Shown: piece by piece, positions 62,615 through 64,000 of the stretch
Numbering within the stretch: position 1 is the first letter of the stretch
How the letters are laid out: every line of letters begins with the position of its first letter
Assembly (NCBI GenBank): GCA_963842525.1
Contig: CAWJGT010000009.1
Location: 480,001 to 544,000 of the forward strand
DNA from: an uncultured Holophagales bacterium
GTDB lineage: Bacteria; Acidobacteriota; Thermoanaerobaculia; Multivoradales; UBA5704
Length of the DNA: 64,000 nucleotides
Direction of reading: 5' to 3'
The notes under the pieces: model-generated
What the model was told of the DNA's origin: nothing
The model's database searches: none
The model's input: only the letters and a program-made list of their open reading frames with translations
Made by a program: the position numbers and the translations under genes

Positions 62615-63835
62615 ATGCGACGCGAGCACCTGCACTTTCCTGGCGCCCACGGCGGCATGCTGGCCGGCCGCCTGGAGAGCCCTGACACCGAGCCCACGGC
62701 CTACGCCCTCTTCGCCCACTGCTTCACCTGCTCGAAGGACCTGAAGGCTGCCGGTTGGATCAGCCGTGCCCTGGTGGAGCGAGGGATCGCCGTGTTCCGC
62801 TTCGACTTCACCGGTATCGGCGAGAGCGAGGGCGACTTCGCCGCGACCAACTTTTCGTCGAACCTGGACGACCTGGTCGCCGCGGCGGACTTCCTGCGCC
62901 GGGAGCGCGAGGCCCCGCGGCTCCTGGTCGGGCACAGCCTCGGCGGGACCGCCATACTGGCCGCGGCCGAGCGGATCCCCGAGTCGAAGGCCGTCGCGAC
63001 GCTCGGCGCGCCGAGCGACACCGAGCACCTGCGCGACGTCCTCGTCCGTCTCTCCCCCGAGCTGGAGGCCCGCGGCGAGGCCGAGATCGACCTCGGCGGC
63101 GGGCACCCGTTCCGCATCCGCCGGCAGCTCCTGGACGACCTGGCCGCGGACCATCTCCAGGGCGTCCTCTCCAGGCTCCACCGGCCGCTCCTGATCTTCC
63201 ATTCGCCCGTGGACAACGTCGTCGGCATCGAGCATGCGAAGCGCATCTTCGAGGCGGCCCGCCATCCCAAGAGCTTCATCTCGCTGGGGATGGCCGACCA
63301 CCTCCTCTCCCGCGAGCGGGATGCCCGCTTCGCCGGCGAGACCCTGGCCGCCTGGGCGAGCCGGTATCTCGAAGAAGAGGAGCTGGAGATCGAGACCCTC
63401 CCCGCAGCAGGCAAGCAGGGAGAGGTCCTGGTCGTCGAGGTCCAGAAGCTCGCCCAGGAGATCGTGGCGCGCCGGCACCGCCTCGCCGCCGACGAGCCTG
63501 CCGAGCTCGGTGGGACCGACACCGGCCCGACCCCCTACGAGCTGGTCCTCGCCGGCCTCGGCGCCTGCACTTCCATGACCTTGCGCCTGTACGCCGACCG
63601 CAAGGGGTTTCCGCTCGAAGGCGTGCGGGTCCGTCTCCGCCACTCCAAGGTCCACGCGCTGGACTGTGCCGCCTGCGAGACCAAGGAGGGGAAGATCGAC
63701 CGCATCGAGCGCGAGATCGAGGTGCTCGGCCCCCTGACCGAGGAGCAGCAGGCCCGGCTCCTCGAAATAGCGGACAAGTGCCCCGTCCACCGGACGCTCA
63801 TGTCGGAGATCGACGTGCCGACCCGGCTGGTGTGA
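62615..63835 (+). CDS. Bifunctional alpha/beta hydrolase - OsmC family protein
   Basis: LFAHCFTCSKD, RFDFTG.G.SEG, GHSLGG, HSPVD, ADHLL; ADEP...GG.DTGP.P...LGACT, ADKCPVHRTL. Confidence 0.93.
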   Translation: MRREHLHFPGAHGGMLAGRLESPDTEPTAYALFAHCFTCSKDLKAAGWISRALVERGIAVFRFDFTGIGESEGDFAATNFSSNLDDLVAAADFLRREREAPRLLVGHSLGGTAILAAAERIPESKAVATLGAPSDTEHLRDVLVRLSPELEARGEAEIDLGGGHPFRIRRQLLDDLAADHLQGVLSRLHRPLLIFHSPVDNVVGIEHAKRIFEAARHPKSFISLGMADHLLSRERDARFAGETLAAWASRYLEEEELEIETLPAAGKQGEVLVVEVQKLAQEIVARRHRLAADEPAELGGTDTGPTPYELVLAGLGACTSMTLRLYADRKGFPLEGVRVRLRHSKVHALDCAACETKEGKIDRIEREIEVLGPLTEEQQARLLEIADKCPVHRTLMSEIDVPTRLV

Positions 63836-64000
63836 GTCCCGTCCTCCTGCAGAGGCCGCGCCGGCCGTTTCCTCGTCCCCCGCAGGTGACGTACACGGCC
63901 GTCCGTGGGCTGTCCAAGAGCCGCGCTGCCGCCTAACCTGCTGCAAACAAAAGATCTCTTCGCTCCACCGCCGCCTTGGCACGCATCGTGGATCAGGAGA

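Overview
GC-rich bacterial chromosomal window. Gene content and repeat families suggest Acidobacteriota, possibly Thermoanaerobaculia (inference only). There are no rRNA, tRNA, CRISPR array, integrase or transposase genes. Housekeeping genes (clpS-clpA, pruA, a TPP-dependent acetolactate-synthase-like gene, transporters, an SDR) alternate with accessory blocks. (1) The most unusual locus is a four-gene operon at 45.8-49.9 kb, with no dcw genes nearby. It encodes an ECF sigma factor, an FtsA with an N-terminal zinc-finger anti-sigma-like (HxxxCxxC) domain, an intact FtsZ and a TIR protein. It lies in a ~5.9 kb cargo bracketed by two diverged copies of the 3' ~0.9 kb of the acetolactate-synthase-like gene. 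(2) A candidate prenyl/lipid-tailoring cluster at 10-24 kb has two PaxB/Pyr4-like membrane proteins that appear to lack the canonical catalytic acids. It also has a P450, a GT32, a carbamoyltransferase, a cytokinin-dehydrogenase-like flavoprotein, an adenylate cyclase-ATPase-TPR protein, a TonB receptor and a UbiA prenyltransferase. (3) Duplicated gene ends bracket accessory cassettes at three places. (4) A toxin-antitoxin/defence-rich stretch at 52-60 kb includes a SLOG plus nucleoside-deoxyribosyltransferase/TIR-like fusion. (5) Several REP/MITE families are present, one inserted in frame in a CDS. At least six otherwise intact genes carry single frameshifts, probably long-read indel errors, so fusion and pseudogene calls need read-level checking.
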